Below, one piece after another: positions 1 through 11,745 of a stretch of 33,408 nucleotides of DNA. How positions within the stretch are numbered: the first letter of the stretch is position 1; every line of letters starts with the position of its first letter. Both the position numbers and the translations under genes were made by a program. Origin of the DNA: Alloascoidea hylecoeti (taxonomy: Eukaryota); assembly GCA_001600815.1 (NCBI GenBank), contig BCKZ01000031.1, positions 112,625-146,032 on the forward strand. The letters run 5' to 3'. The notes below the pieces were generated by a model, which saw only the letters and a list, made by a program, of their open reading frames with translations, ran no database searches and was not told the DNA's origin.

Positions 1-504
1 ATAATAATGATTTTATATAATTTTTCAGGTTGATATCATACCAGTAAAAATTAACATGCCTTTCTGCTGATAGATAGATCTAGAGCATGTTATATCCGAT
101 TATCCCGAAATAGATACAAAATAAAAACTCATTTGCTGTCCCAAAGTTCCCAAGATAAAGTTATAGATTCCAAAGTCAGTCAATCTCCAAGTTCAAATTT
201 GTAATAATAATTAAAATCACATGTGTACGTTGTATTATATATAAGATGGTCCAATCTTTTTAGATAGAGAGATTATTGGCCAAATTGATCATTTTTCACT
301 GTTAATAATGTTATTAGAAGTTTACTGAAAATATGGATGATGATTGTAAAGAAAATACAACACCAAGATCGTTAGCTTGGGTATTAGAACCACCAGATGA
401 ATCTATTTGAAGTTTACTTGTTTCTTCAATTAGTTCATTAGTCTTAGAGTGTGGAATCCAGAGTCGTTCTAAAGCTGCAACACTAACCTCATGACTATTA
501 ATGC

Positions 505-1221
505 ATGCCTTTGAATAGAATCCCATTTAAAAAAAAAGTTAATAAAGTCAAAAAAACGGATTTAAATTTAGGAGAATCTGATGCAATTAATGATTTATTA
601 TTTTTAGATTCTTTAACTGAATCAAATATAAATATCAATGAAAATAAAATCAATAAAGGAAATGGAAATAGAAATGATAATTCAAAATTATCGCGTGCAC
701 AGATNGATTTTGATGTTGGATTAACATTTAATGATTTAGATGTTTCAAACCTTTTCAATTTAGGCTCACATTATTATCATAATATGAATAATTCATTAAG
801 ATCNTCATCTGGGCCAATATTACAATCACAAATGACACATATGAATGATAATACTCCATCACCGAATACGGCCATTAATTATCATCCTGTTACATCTGCA
901 AGACCAATGTCAGTACCATCTATGTCAACACAAAATATAAAAAGGAATAATTCGAATATAACAATTGATAGCATGTCGTCATTAAGTTCTGGTTCAGTAA
1001 CTACAATAACAACTGAAAGAACGGATTTAACTGAAGACTCTGATATTTCAAATTCTTTTGTATCAACTGTTGGATCAACCTTAGGTATTAAAGTGAACAA
1101 TAAAAGTGAAGGAATTACTAAATCTATACCTATCACAGCAATGAGTATGCAAACAAATGAAAGTCACATTGTTGATAGTGGTTGTGATATATTTAGTAGC
1201 TTTTTATACCCTTCACGTTAG
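505..1221 (+). CDS. Hypothetical Asn/Ser-rich low-complexity protein, possibly the C-terminal part of a longer frameshifted gene
   Basis: 238-aa ORF with codon usage like the other AT-rich genes. No recognisable domain. Ambiguous bases at 705, 804 and 1239 suggest lower sequence quality here. Confidence 0.5.
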   Translation: MPLNRIPFKKKVNKVKKTDLNLGESDAINDLLFLDSLTESNININENKINKGNGNRNDNSKLSRAQXDFDVGLTFNDLDVSNLFNLGSHYYHNMNNSLRXSSGPILQSQMTHMNDNTPSPNTAINYHPVTSARPMSVPSMSTQNIKRNNSNITIDSMSSLSSGSVTTITTERTDLTEDSDISNSFVSTVGSTLGIKVNNKSEGITKSIPITAMSMQTNESHIVDSGCDIFSSFLYPSR

Positions 1222-1687
1222 TAATTATCTCTGAATACNTCTATAACTTTTTTTTATGTCTTTTTACATTATGTTTTTTTATAACTTTATGTTTCACAAT
1301 TAGTATTATGTTTTTGAGTTTTTAAAAGGAGGAATATTAATATAATTATATATATATATATGAATAAAATGGATGGGGAATGTTATTTTTTCTAAATTGA
1401 AGTAATTATAATTACGGTTTTTATGATGTTTTTGACCAACTTGTAATATCTTTTGTTTTTAAGATATACTTACATCAACTATATATAATACGCAACTAAC
1501 CAGTAATAATTATATTCGAGATGGATCTAAACTTTTTGCCATTTACGATAAACAAGTGTCCATTCTTCTTCATCTTCTAATACCTAGTCCAGGGGTAAAC
1601 AAAAATTAAAATTTAAAGTAAATCTTCTTTTTAGAACTATTCTTCTTTTTAACAAGATCTATCATATCGAATTAGTTTTAATTAGAG

Positions 1688-1695
1688 CCGGGTAA
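1688..1695 (+). promoter_or_regulatory. Reb1-type general regulatory factor site CCGGGTAA
   Basis: Exact match to the Reb1 consensus, about 480 bp upstream of the ABC transporter ATG and followed by A/T tracts. Confidence 0.5.
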
Positions 1696-1927
1696 CTCAA
1701 GCTCTTTTTTACATAGTACTCCTAGTGGTAACAATCCCAAAATGAAAAAAAAAAACATATACTGATCAGCTTGTTAAGCTACGAAGGAGATCTAGAAACA
1801 ACAAAAACCAATATATGAAGTCACTAGAAATACCCCAACCGCCAACTCGGGGGATGTTCGTGTGGGTGATGCCATTGACGTTAACCTCCAGGTGTCCATG
1901 TGATCTTTCGGATATTGCTTATTAAAC

Positions 1928-2035
1928 CCGATATTACCGGTACCACTGTAGGTGTCCTGCTACAGATTAACCAAATTGAAATATAGCCGCCTGCAGTTAA
2001 ACGACGTGATGCTGACGTTACTCCCGATACCTCCG
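1928..2035 (-). promoter_or_regulatory. Two CGG-N3-TA-N-CGG direct-repeat Zn2Cys6 binding sites (Hap1-type geometry)
   Basis: 1928-1939 reverse complement is CGGTAATATCGG and 2024-2035 reverse complement is CGGAGGTATCGG. Both lie in the ABC transporter promoter. Confidence 0.45.
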
Positions 2036-2099
2036 TCAGATAACTACATCCGATATCTCCTCTGTATCTCACCAATCACAGCGCGGGATGCATAAGAAC

Positions 2100-2107
2100 T
2101 TACGTAA
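2100..2107. promoter_or_regulatory. bZIP (Yap-type) palindromic site TTACGTAA
   Basis: Exact palindrome about 70 bp upstream of the ABC ATG, just 5' of TATAAAA. Confidence 0.35.
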
Positions 2108-2174
2108 TCGGGGTTGTATAAAAGAAGGCTAAGACTTATTTTTTTCTGGCTAAAACTTCTGAATATCAGCAGAA

Positions 2175-5100
2175 ATGGGTTCATGTCCAATACTATATCA
2201 GGACGATTTCTCGGTGTGTTTTAGAAAAAGATATCTGGAAACATTAATCCCCATTCTGGTCGTAACCACCTCCATTTCTGTACTTGTTTTTCAATATAAG
2301 AGGCTTAATAATTTAAAGTCTAAAACAGTTGAAAATAAAATTTCTGCCGATGAAACTCAACCGTTATTAACTTCTTTCCCCGATCTACCAGCCAAGTCAG
2401 ATGGGGGCGTGCGTGTAAACATCAATACTATTGATGCCAATACGACTTCTTACAATTCTATTTTGTCGTCAAGCTCCGATTCAATTTCATCATCTGGTTC
2501 AGAGGTTACCTCTTCATCAAGTTCCCATTCCACTTCATCATCAGGCTCCCGTTCTAATTCAAAGGATGCCTATAGTGAAAAAATTAAACTATCTCATTTT
2601 GATGTTACACAGTTATACGAAAATGTTGAAACCGAAGAAACGAAAAGCGTGATTATCCACCGTTCAAACACCGAAAGAGTTTTATTTGCTCTGGAAGAAA
2701 TTTTGTTGATCTTACAAGCCTCAAATACAGCAATTTTTCAATCAAGAGAAAAAATTTCAACTTCAAGTTTGGTTTTTTCTTCTGTATGGTTATATATATT
2801 AATATTAGGTAGTATCAGATTTTTCGATTCTTCTGTTATAGCAAATAATAAACTTCCATCATTATGGAATCATTCCACTACAATCTATACAATTATGTTA
2901 CCAATAACTGCTATATTAGCTAGATCATATTCCAAAACTTCAACCGAATTACATTTTCATGCAACTTTTATAATTAACTTGCTATTAGTAATTGATAATT
3001 ACTCAATTAATGTTGGAGATAAACCAAATGTTCAAACTGTTAGAAGAGGTTTAACTCCATCTCCCGAACCAAATAGTAGTCTGTTTTCAATAATTATGTT
3101 TAGTTGGATTGGCCCTTTACTTGAAGAAGGTTATAAGACACCGCTAATTGTTTCAAGAGTTTGGGATACAAAAATTGATGATCAACCTTTAACAATATTA
3201 ATTCGTTTTAATAATTTTAAAAATAATGCAGGTAAAAAAATCTCATTTATAAAAAATATATTTTTATATTTTTCAAAATCTTTATTTTTACAAATATCTT
3301 GGTCAATAGTTAAAACAATTTTTGATTTTGCTCCTGCTTTGTTATTAAAGAAATTTTTAGAATTTGTTCAAAATCCATCATCATATCCTAATAAAAATAT
3401 TAGTTGGATTTTAATTTCATTAATGTTATTGTTCACATTTTTAGGTTCAATTGCTGGTGGTCAATTAGCATTTATTGCAAGGCATTTATCAATGCAATTA
3501 AGATCTATTTTAATAAGTGAAATTTACTCAAAATCTTTAAGATTAAAAACTGTTAATCCAACTGCACACAAAGATGAAGAAAATAATCATAATGCTGAAC
3601 TATTAAATGCTCCAAGAAAAGAATCAAAGAGATCAGAGAGATCAAAAGATTCGGAAGAGGGCTCACCAAATATGGGTAAAATTATAAATTTAATGTCATC
3701 AGATGCATTTTCAGTATCAACTTTAACTGCTAATTTATTCTTATTCATAACGAGTTTTTTAAAAGCAATAATTGCAATGTTTTTACTTTATAATTTATTA
3801 GGCTGGAGTTCAATAATCGGTACATTTTCACTTATAATTCTAATGCCCTTTCAATATTTTGCTTTTAGAAGAGTTAATAACGCACAAAGATCATTAATGA
3901 AAATTTCTGATCAACGATTATTATCAATTAATGAAATGTTACAATCAATAAGAATTATAAAATATTTCTCTTGGGAAAATAATTTTGAAGAAAAAATAAT
4001 GAAAATTAGAAATAAAGAAATCAAATATATTAAAAGTGTTTTTGTTAGGATTTTACCAATAATGTTCTTAATGTCAATGTCAAGTACAATTGTTACTTTT
4101 GTTTCATTCGGTTGTTTTATATTTTTAGCAAAACAACGTTTAACAACTCCAATTGCTTTTACATCATTAACATTATTTAATTTATTACAAGAACCATTAA
4201 TGGAAATAAGTGCTATGCTTTCAAGTATTGTTCAAAGTAAGGTATCATTAGATAGAATTGGATCATTTTTATCTGAACCTGAAACTGATAAATTTAGGCA
4301 ATTATCAAGACCTCCTGGTTTAAATGATCCTTTAATTGGGTTTAATGATGATGCTTCATTTTCTTGGGATATTAAATCAAACAATGCCTTTAAATTGAAA
4401 AATTTAAATATCACTTTTAAAGAAGGTAAATTAAATATTATTACTGGACCAACTGGTTCAGGTAAAACATCAATGTTATTTGCATTACTTGGTGAAATGG
4501 ATTTAATTTCAGGAAATGTATTTCTACCAGGTGTTCAACCATTAGAAGAATTAACAATCGATAAAAAAACTGGTTTAAAAGAATCAGTAGCATTTTGTGC
4601 ACAAACTGCTTGGCTATTAAATGATACCATTAAGAATAATATTTTATTTGGCTCAAAATTTATTGAAAATCGTTATAATCAAGTAATTACAACGTGTGGT
4701 CTAAATAAAGATTTAGAAATCCTAACAGCTGGTGATGAAACAGAAATCGGTGAAAAGGGTATTGCTCTTTCGGGGGGGCAGAAACAGAGAGTCTCATTAG
4801 CAAGAGCATTATATTCACATGCAAGATATTTAATTCTTGATGATTGTTTAAGTGCTGTTGATTCTCATACATCCAAATGGATTTATAATCATGCAATCAC
4901 TGGGAAATTAATCAAAAATAGAACTGTTATACTTGTTACTCACAATATTGCTTTATGTGTTAAGAAGGCATCTTGGGTTGTTTTATTAGAAAATGGTATT
5001 ATTAAATCTCAAGGCGAACCAAAATATCTCGTTGAAAATGGGTCATTGGGTGCAGATGAAAGGCTCAAAGCTAGTTTATTAAACAATGATGATGATTATG

Positions 5101-7220
5101 AAGATGAATCAAGTGAAAATAATATTAAATTATCTGATAGTTCCTTAGATATTAAAAAAACCATTGAAAGTGGAAAATTGATAAAAGAAGAAGATAAACA
5201 AAATGGTAAAGTTTCAATTGAAGTATACAAAGCTTATATTAAAAGTTTTAAATCATGGACCTATTTAGTTATTATGTTCATATTACTATTTGGGTCTCAA
5301 ATAACTATGTTTTTATCAAGCTGGTGGGTTAGAGCATGGGCTTCAAAATCAGATAATGTTGCTGATTCATCGATGATTCTTACAGCTACTACAACAACAG
5401 TAACATTAATTAAAGAATATATCAATGTTCCAATTTTATATTATTCAAATAATTGGCTTAATGGCGAAAATTCACAGATATACTCGTTATCAAATAATAA
5501 TACACAGACACTTTCAACATCACCCACCCATAGTCACTTGTATTATATGGTTATTTACACATTAATTGGTGTTCTAAATTGTTTAATAATGAGTTCAAGA
5601 ATGATATTTTTAGCATTTGCTGCGTTAGATACATCGAATCGTTTGTTTCAAAAATTACTTAATAGAATTTTATTGGCAAAAATTCGTTTTTTTGATTCAA
5701 CACCAGTTGGTAGAATTGTGAATAGATTCTCCCAAGATATTTCAGCTATTGATAGACAGGTTGCTCAAGTTTTAGATAGAGTTTTTTCATCTTTTTTAAA
5801 TTGTTTGATGACTTTAATGTTAATTGCTTTTATAACCCCACAATTTTTGATTGTCGCAATTGTCATTTGTGGTAGTTACTATTTTGTTGCATCATATTAT
5901 ATTGTTACATCAAGAGACTTAAAGCGTTTAAATTCAATTACACGAAGCCCAATATTTCAACATTTCGGCGAAACGTTAATTGGTGTTTCGACTATTAGAG
6001 CGTATGGTGACGAAAGAAGATTTATTAGAGGTTCATTATCACGTATTGATACAAACAACAGAACCTATTTCTATCTCGTTGTTAGTAATAGATGGCTATC
6101 TATTAGAATTAATTTACTTGGTGCTTTTGTTGTGTTCTTTTCGGGGTCATTGATTTTATTAAATATTGATCATATTGATGCAGGATTAGCAGGCATTTCT
6201 TTAACATATGCCATTTCGTTTAGTTCTTCAGCATTTAGACTTGTTAATTTAATTGCAAGTTTAGAAATGACAATGAATTCAGTTGAAAGAATATTTGAAT
6301 ATTTGAAAATTGAAAATGAGGAAGGATATAAGAATTCTGAAGATTTAATAATTCCAAGAGCATCCTGGCCAGATAATGGTTCAATTGATGTTAAAAACTT
6401 ATCACTACGTTATGCTCCAAACTTACCACAAGTTATTAAGAATGCTACATTTAATATTAAATCGATGACAAAAGTTGGTATAGTTGGAAGAACTGGTGCT
6501 GGTAAATCAACAATTATTACAGCATTTTTTAGATTTTTAGAACCAGAAACTGGTACAATTGCTATTGATGGTATTGATATTACAAAAATTTCATTAAAAG
6601 ATTTAAGGCAAGCTATTACTATTATACCTCAAGATCCCACGTTATTTAATGGTACAATTAGGACAAATGTTGATCCCTTTAACGAATTTACTGATTCTGC
6701 AATATTTGAAGCTTTAAGACGTGTTAGTTTAATTGATAAGGTACCCGATTCAAATTCTAGTATTACCATTAACAATACACCAATTATAAGTGGAGAGGAA
6801 GATGGTGAAGAAGATAATATTAATCAATTCTTAAATTTAGAGAATATTGTGTCGGATGGTGGATCGAATTTATCACAAGGTCAAAGACAATTATTGTGTC
6901 TTGCAAGGTCTTTACTAAGATCACCTAAAATAATGATGCTTGATGAGGCAACAGCATCAATTGATTATAAAACAGACTCTAAAATTCAAAGAGCAATTAG
7001 AAATGAGTTTTCAAAAAGCACAATTCTTACAATTGCTCATAGACTGAAAAGTATTATTGATTATGATGTTATTTTAGTTCTAGATCAAGGTGAAGTTGTT
7101 GAATATGATTCACCTTTTAATTTAATTTCAAAAGATGGATCAATTTTCAAAAGCATGTGTGAGCAAAGCGGAGAATTTAGTACTTTGTTACAAATTGCAA
7201 AGGATGCTGCTCATCAATGA
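2175..7220 (+). CDS. ABCC/MRP-family vacuolar ABC transporter (Ybt1/Vmr1-like), 1681 aa
   Basis: Two nucleotide-binding domains: GPTGSGKTS / LSGGQKQR / LILDDCLSAVDSHT and GRTGAGKST / LSQGQRQL / MMLDEATAS / AHRL. Also FFDSTPVGRIVNRFS and an N-terminal extension beginning CPILYQDDFSVC, typical of Ybt1/Vmr1. Confidence 0.93.
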   Translation: MGSCPILYQDDFSVCFRKRYLETLIPILVVTTSISVLVFQYKRLNNLKSKTVENKISADETQPLLTSFPDLPAKSDGGVRVNINTIDANTTSYNSILSSSSDSISSSGSEVTSSSSSHSTSSSGSRSNSKDAYSEKIKLSHFDVTQLYENVETEETKSVIIHRSNTERVLFALEEILLILQASNTAIFQSREKISTSSLVFSSVWLYILILGSIRFFDSSVIANNKLPSLWNHSTTIYTIMLPITAILARSYSKTSTELHFHATFIINLLLVIDNYSINVGDKPNVQTVRRGLTPSPEPNSSLFSIIMFSWIGPLLEEGYKTPLIVSRVWDTKIDDQPLTILIRFNNFKNNAGKKISFIKNIFLYFSKSLFLQISWSIVKTIFDFAPALLLKKFLEFVQNPSSYPNKNISWILISLMLLFTFLGSIAGGQLAFIARHLSMQLRSILISEIYSKSLRLKTVNPTAHKDEENNHNAELLNAPRKESKRSERSKDSEEGSPNMGKIINLMSSDAFSVSTLTANLFLFITSFLKAIIAMFLLYNLLGWSSIIGTFSLIILMPFQYFAFRRVNNAQRSLMKISDQRLLSINEMLQSIRIIKYFSWENNFEEKIMKIRNKEIKYIKSVFVRILPIMFLMSMSSTIVTFVSFGCFIFLAKQRLTTPIAFTSLTLFNLLQEPLMEISAMLSSIVQSKVSLDRIGSFLSEPETDKFRQLSRPPGLNDPLIGFNDDASFSWDIKSNNAFKLKNLNITFKEGKLNIITGPTGSGKTSMLFALLGEMDLISGNVFLPGVQPLEELTIDKKTGLKESVAFCAQTAWLLNDTIKNNILFGSKFIENRYNQVITTCGLNKDLEILTAGDETEIGEKGIALSGGQKQRVSLARALYSHARYLILDDCLSAVDSHTSKWIYNHAITGKLIKNRTVILVTHNIALCVKKASWVVLLENGIIKSQGEPKYLVENGSLGADERLKASLLNNDDDYEDESSENNIKLSDSSLDIKKTIESGKLIKEEDKQNGKVSIEVYKAYIKSFKSWTYLVIMFILLFGSQITMFLSSWWVRAWASKSDNVADSSMILTATTTTVTLIKEYINVPILYYSNNWLNGENSQIYSLSNNNTQTLSTSPTHSHLYYMVIYTLIGVLNCLIMSSRMIFLAFAALDTSNRLFQKLLNRILLAKIRFFDSTPVGRIVNRFSQDISAIDRQVAQVLDRVFSSFLNCLMTLMLIAFITPQFLIVAIVICGSYYFVASYYIVTSRDLKRLNSITRSPIFQHFGETLIGVSTIRAYGDERRFIRGSLSRIDTNNRTYFYLVVSNRWLSIRINLLGAFVVFFSGSLILLNIDHIDAGLAGISLTYAISFSSSAFRLVNLIASLEMTMNSVERIFEYLKIENEEGYKNSEDLIIPRASWPDNGSIDVKNLSLRYAPNLPQVIKNATFNIKSMTKVGIVGRTGAGKSTIITAFFRFLEPETGTIAIDGIDITKISLKDLRQAITIIPQDPTLFNGTIRTNVDPFNEFTDSAIFEALRRVSLIDKVPDSNSSITINNTPIISGEEDGEEDNINQFLNLENIVSDGGSNLSQGQRQLLCLARSLLRSPKIMMLDEATASIDYKTDSKIQRAIRNEFSKSTILTIAHRLKSIIDYDVILVLDQGEVVEYDSPFNLISKDGSIFKSMCEQSGEFSTLLQIAKDAAHQ

Positions 7221-7567
7221 ACATCAAACCCAATGCTATAGTTATAGCTAGAAGTTTGCAATTGGGTTGGGTATAAAGTAAATATATATTTAATGTTCTA
7301 AGTACATTTAATTTAATTTTAATTTTAATTTATTTTTGCAACTGTCTTATTAATAAGATAATTAATTATAACTTATAATCATAATCCGATCTTTCATGGA
7401 AATACAGGTAGTAAATCTATAACTTTAGCGAATACTGGCACAAGGAAAAAAATATGGCTTTACATTAGTTGAAAACATTAATAAGAGGGAAGATATTTTC
7501 GATTAAGCAGTCATAAGGAATAAATGTGAGCAAGACATGTAGCAATATCCCAACAATATATATTTCT

Positions 7568-8263
7568 CTAACGGTTAGATTTGGCAACACGTTCTAATTC
7601 ATCCTTCTTCTTAATAGCATAAGAGTTAGAGGAACCTTTAGCGGCATTAATTAACTCTTCAGCAAGACACTCGGCGATAGTTTTGATGTTCCTAAATGAG
7701 GCTTCACGAGCACCAATAGTTAATAAAGAGATTGATTGATTAACTCTTCTTAATGGTGAAACATCAACAGCTTGTCTTCTAACGGTACCACTTGAACCGA
7801 TTCTTGTGGAGTCTTCTCTGGGGCCTGTATTGATAATGGCATCAACAACAATTTGTAAAGGATTTTGATCTGTTGTAATGTTGATAATTTCAAGGGTGTG
7901 CTTAACAATCTTTACTGCCTTTAATTTCTTACCATTGTTACGGCCATTCATCATCAAGGAGTTAGTTAAACGTTCAATGATAGGGCATTGTGCTTTTCTA
8001 AAACGTTTAGCAGCATATCTACCAGCGGAATGTGATGTGAAAACTGGTTGTCTGATCTGAATATAATCTGTGAGAGAAATGTCTTTAATAGTGACATCTT
8101 CAAAAGTCCAACTGTTAAACAACTTCACAGAACCAGCAGCAGCTTTGACGTCTTCTGGAAGGGCAGTTGCAAGTTGAACTTCTGGAAGTTGTTCAACTTC
8201 TTCCTCTTCAATTTCTTCAACCTCTTCAACAGGAACAGTTTCTTCGTGATCGATTTCAGACAT
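7568..8263 (-). CDS. RPS5: 40S ribosomal protein uS7 (S5), 231 aa
   Basis: Conserved segments [30 protein letters not shown] and [14 protein letters not shown]. The likely start is MSEIDHEE at 8263 in AAAATG context. Confidence 0.97.
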   Translation of the reverse strand: MSEIDHEETVPVEEVEEIEEEEVEQLPEVQLATALPEDVKAAAGSVKLFNSWTFEDVTIKDISLTDYIQIRQPVFTSHSAGRYAAKRFRKAQCPIIERLTNSLMMNGRNNGKKLKAVKIVKHTLEIINITTDQNPLQIVVDAIINTGPREDSTRIGSSGTVRRQAVDVSPLRRVNQSISLLTIGAREASFRNIKTIAECLAEELINAAKGSSNSYAIKKKDELERVAKSNR

Positions 8264-8975
8264 TTTGATGTTCTTTTTGTACCACCAAGTTCCAATTTTC
8301 AAATTATGATCTAAGTGTTGAGGTGTGATGTATGATGCGCAGTCGGTACTACATATACTCACAACGCATGTATGTGACTGTTTGAGTGATATAGGGTTTA
8401 GCCCTAAATATACACACATGGGATGTATTATAATATATATAGGTTTGCAGCAGCTATACAATTCGTATATAAAGGCAGAAACAAATCGCATAATAGGGAG
8501 AATTTCTATTCATTACGTAATTCGTATTATCACTGTAGCTACATTTTGCGAACAGAAAACAAGGAAATTTTTATTTATTGAAAAGGAGCTTAAGAAAGAA
8601 TTTGACAATATAAGTAGACAGCTACAGTTTGGAAGTTCATGTTATTGCTATTGCTACTTGACAGTTAAGGTGCTGAATTGCGGCATGTATACTAATTTAG
8701 TAATGACGGGATTTGCTTCTAATCATCTATATGAATTAATATATTAGTATCATATACCCTATTTAAAATTACAATTGGAATTATTTATTTTAAAACAAAG
8801 CAAATAAAGATAAAAACTGAATACCGTAAATTTGCGAAAACATCGAACATAAATTTTGCAAAAAAATACAAAACAAAAATTAAATAAATTGAATAATCAA
8901 AAAATAGAAATACAACGTAATTATGTATAAAAACACTAAGTAGTAAGTAATCATTGACTCTTATGACATACCTAG

Positions 8976-11745
8976 TTAATTTAGAAGAGTAGAACAAACT
9001 TCAAGAGTGATCAGAGTTTCCAGTAAATCTGACATATTATGTCTAAGATCTCTAAACATCGGGGTAGTCATGTTAATCATGTTAAACTTTTCATTATTAA
9101 CTTGTACACTCTTTAGAATTTGATTGGATGTAAAATTAAATTCTCTTAGTTGGTCTAATTTTAAAATATTAACAAATCTACCACCACCAATTGGAGTAGC
9201 AAATGATTTTGGTGATGATTCTGGAGTTTCGTAGCGTAATGTTGAAGGATTAATGTCTGGAGTTCTTGGCGATCTCAAGTTTGATGATAAAGGTGATGGT
9301 GATGGTGATGGTGATGAATATGATTTTGAATCTGGCGTGGTTTGAGATATGAAAAATTCAGTATCTGTAGAAGTTGGAGATGAATTTGAATTTAAGTCTA
9401 AGTCTGAAATTTTCTTTTTTGGTACGTTTAAAATTTTTATTAATGGTTTTACATTTCCAGATATTTCAACAACAGATGCGATACAAGGTTTACCAAATGC
9501 TTCGTAATCATAAAATGATGAGTGAGAATTTGATATCAATTTTCTTTTTGATAATGGGCCTTCATCATCATAATCAGGAATTATGTCATATCTTTTATGG
9601 GTATTAAAAGATTTGGAAGTAAATGAAGAAAGTGATGAAAGCGACGAGGTTGTGGAAGAATGTGATAATGAGTAATCGGGTACTGAGGATCCGGATAATC
9701 TAATTGAAAAATCAATTTCATCCATAATCGAAACTTCCAATTCTTCCATTTCCTTTTGTAATCGTTCATATAAAAATTCTGAATTGTTTTCCGATTTAAA
9801 CTCATCAATCGAATTAAAAGAATCAAAAATATCTTTTATTTTAAAAATTATTTCTGATATAGTTATTTCAATTTCATGATTCTTTTTTTTATTATTATAA
9901 ATAATTTCTTCAGTGATGAAACTAGCTCTAAAATTCTCTTTTTCAAATCTTCTTTTCGATTGTAAGTTTCGCTTAAGTATTTTAACAGAGTTTTTATATT
10001 CAACTAATGATATATAAAGATTTAATATATCATAATAAAAGCTATTATTCATGCCATCCACCTCTAAGATAAATTCTTGGAATTTCTGTAAAAGTTTTGG
10101 ATCTTTAACAATATGTCTAAGTGGGAGAACATTGTTTGATGGATCAAATAAAGATTCTGTACTAGTATTGGTACTAGGGTTGTGTAAGTCGTGTATTTCC
10201 TCTTTGATTTCTCTGTTGATACTCTGGGCAGATAGACGATCGTCAATATCAGATATCGGACTTGAATTATTAATATTCTTGGGACAATTCTTTTCTAAAA
10301 CATCATGTCTTTTTATTGACTCTAACTTTATAGGTAATATACTTCCTGGTGATTGTAATTGTGAGTCAGATACTTCTGAATTGATATTATCATTAAGAAA
10401 ATGCTCAACTTTAATTAATGAGTTTGTTGATGTTTCTTCTATGATAGGTAACTTTAACTTTTTCTCCATATCTATAGAGGTTCCCAGGATATTAGATTCT
10501 AGATCTTTCATTAATGGTTGTTCAATGAGTTCATTTTTAAACTTTTTTGGCCAATTAACGAAATTTAGCCCTTTTCTTGACAACATATAAAATGAATCCC
10601 TTGAATTTTGAAATATATCTAAATTACTTATTGATGATTCCAACATTATAGGAATTAGGAAAGCCATTTTTATAAATAAATTCGCAATATAAAAAACTTC
10701 TGATGGATGTGCTAAATTTGTACAATCATTTAACCATTGATGAATTGCTCTACCTGTAAAAACGTAAGGAATTTCAATGTTTGATGGTATAAACTTTTTA
10801 TTTTTAAATACTCTAATTCCTTCAGTTGATACATAATATTGAGATAAGGATTCTGAGTCAGGATGAGTGAAAAAAGGATGGGCGAAAGGAGATATTTCGT
10901 TTTCATTTGCATCGTCGTTAATATCTTCTTGATCTTTATTTATTGATTTCCCATCAATCGAGAGTAGCTTTATCATTTTTGGTTTTGTTAAATAACTGGA
11001 AATTGGATCGGAGTTATTTTTGGAGCTGTAAGCATTTGGTTTAGGACCCATTAAAGAGACCAATAATTTGCATATGATTTTCTCTGAATAAATTATTTTA
11101 TCTGTTTCTTCTTTCCTTTTAAACCATTCTAGATTCATTGTATTATAGGAAGATTTTAAAATATCTGGTAGAGCATTGGGCATAACATTTAATTCCAAAC
11201 AAAAGTTTTCTAAAATTGCAACACCTTTTGGAGTTGGTTGCAATAGCACCTTTGATTTGGGGTCTGTTCTTGTTCTATCTATTGGACAATGAATTAAATG
11301 GGCAGACACAAACCGGTGTAAAATGTTTTTTGCAGTCGATTCCGAATTAATTTCACAATAAGCAATTTTTACTTCAGTTGTTGTTTCAATATTTAGTTTG
11401 AGATTTCGTAAATGATGAATCGCTTCTTCTGAACTGAAGGTAAATGGAATAAACTTAGTTCCAAAAACATTCCATTTTTGTTTATGCTGTGCCTTAAGAT
11501 CTAAAGATATAATCAGCAGAGAATAAGCACTGAGAAGAACCTAAATATAAAATTATGTTAGAATTTTATACATGTGGAGGTGTCATAACAAATTGCAATT
11601 GTGTAATAATTTCCAAGTAATAAGCTTGACGGTTGGTCGTAGATGATCATAATAACTTATTAAGATAATTGATATTACTTACCTTACTTGAAATGCTGTT
11701 TTTAGTAGGTTTAAAATCATTTTGTTCAGTAGATGCTGGAGACAT
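8976..11745 (-). CDS. SST2: Sst2/FlbA-like DEP + RGS domain protein, divergent; join(11683..11745, 8976..11540), about 875 aa
   Basis: The spliced N-terminus reads MSPASTEQ...SSK|VLLSAYSLLIISLDL...PFTFSSEEAIHHLRNL...LQPTPKGVAILENF. It has a DEP-like FTGRAIHQWLNDCT and an RGS-start-like LRHIVKDPKLLQKFQEF. The symbol is tentative because this may be a paralog. Confidence 0.72.
11541..11682 (-). other. Spliceosomal intron (142 nt, phase 0) in the SST2-like gene
   Basis: GTAAGT donor, TTCTAAC branch site (11557-11563) and TTTAG acceptor. Splicing removes an in-frame TAG and joins the 21-codon exon 1 in frame. Confidence 0.85.

Noticed and set aside
8264..8491. 76-codon N-terminal extension of RPS5 in the ORF track
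   Set aside because: It does not resemble uS7, crosses TATA-like promoter sequence, and the ATG at 8263 gives the normal protein length.
10051..10590. 179-aa + strand ORF and other short ORFs overlapping genes
   Set aside because: These are antisense or alternate-frame shadows of real genes with no recognisable domains.
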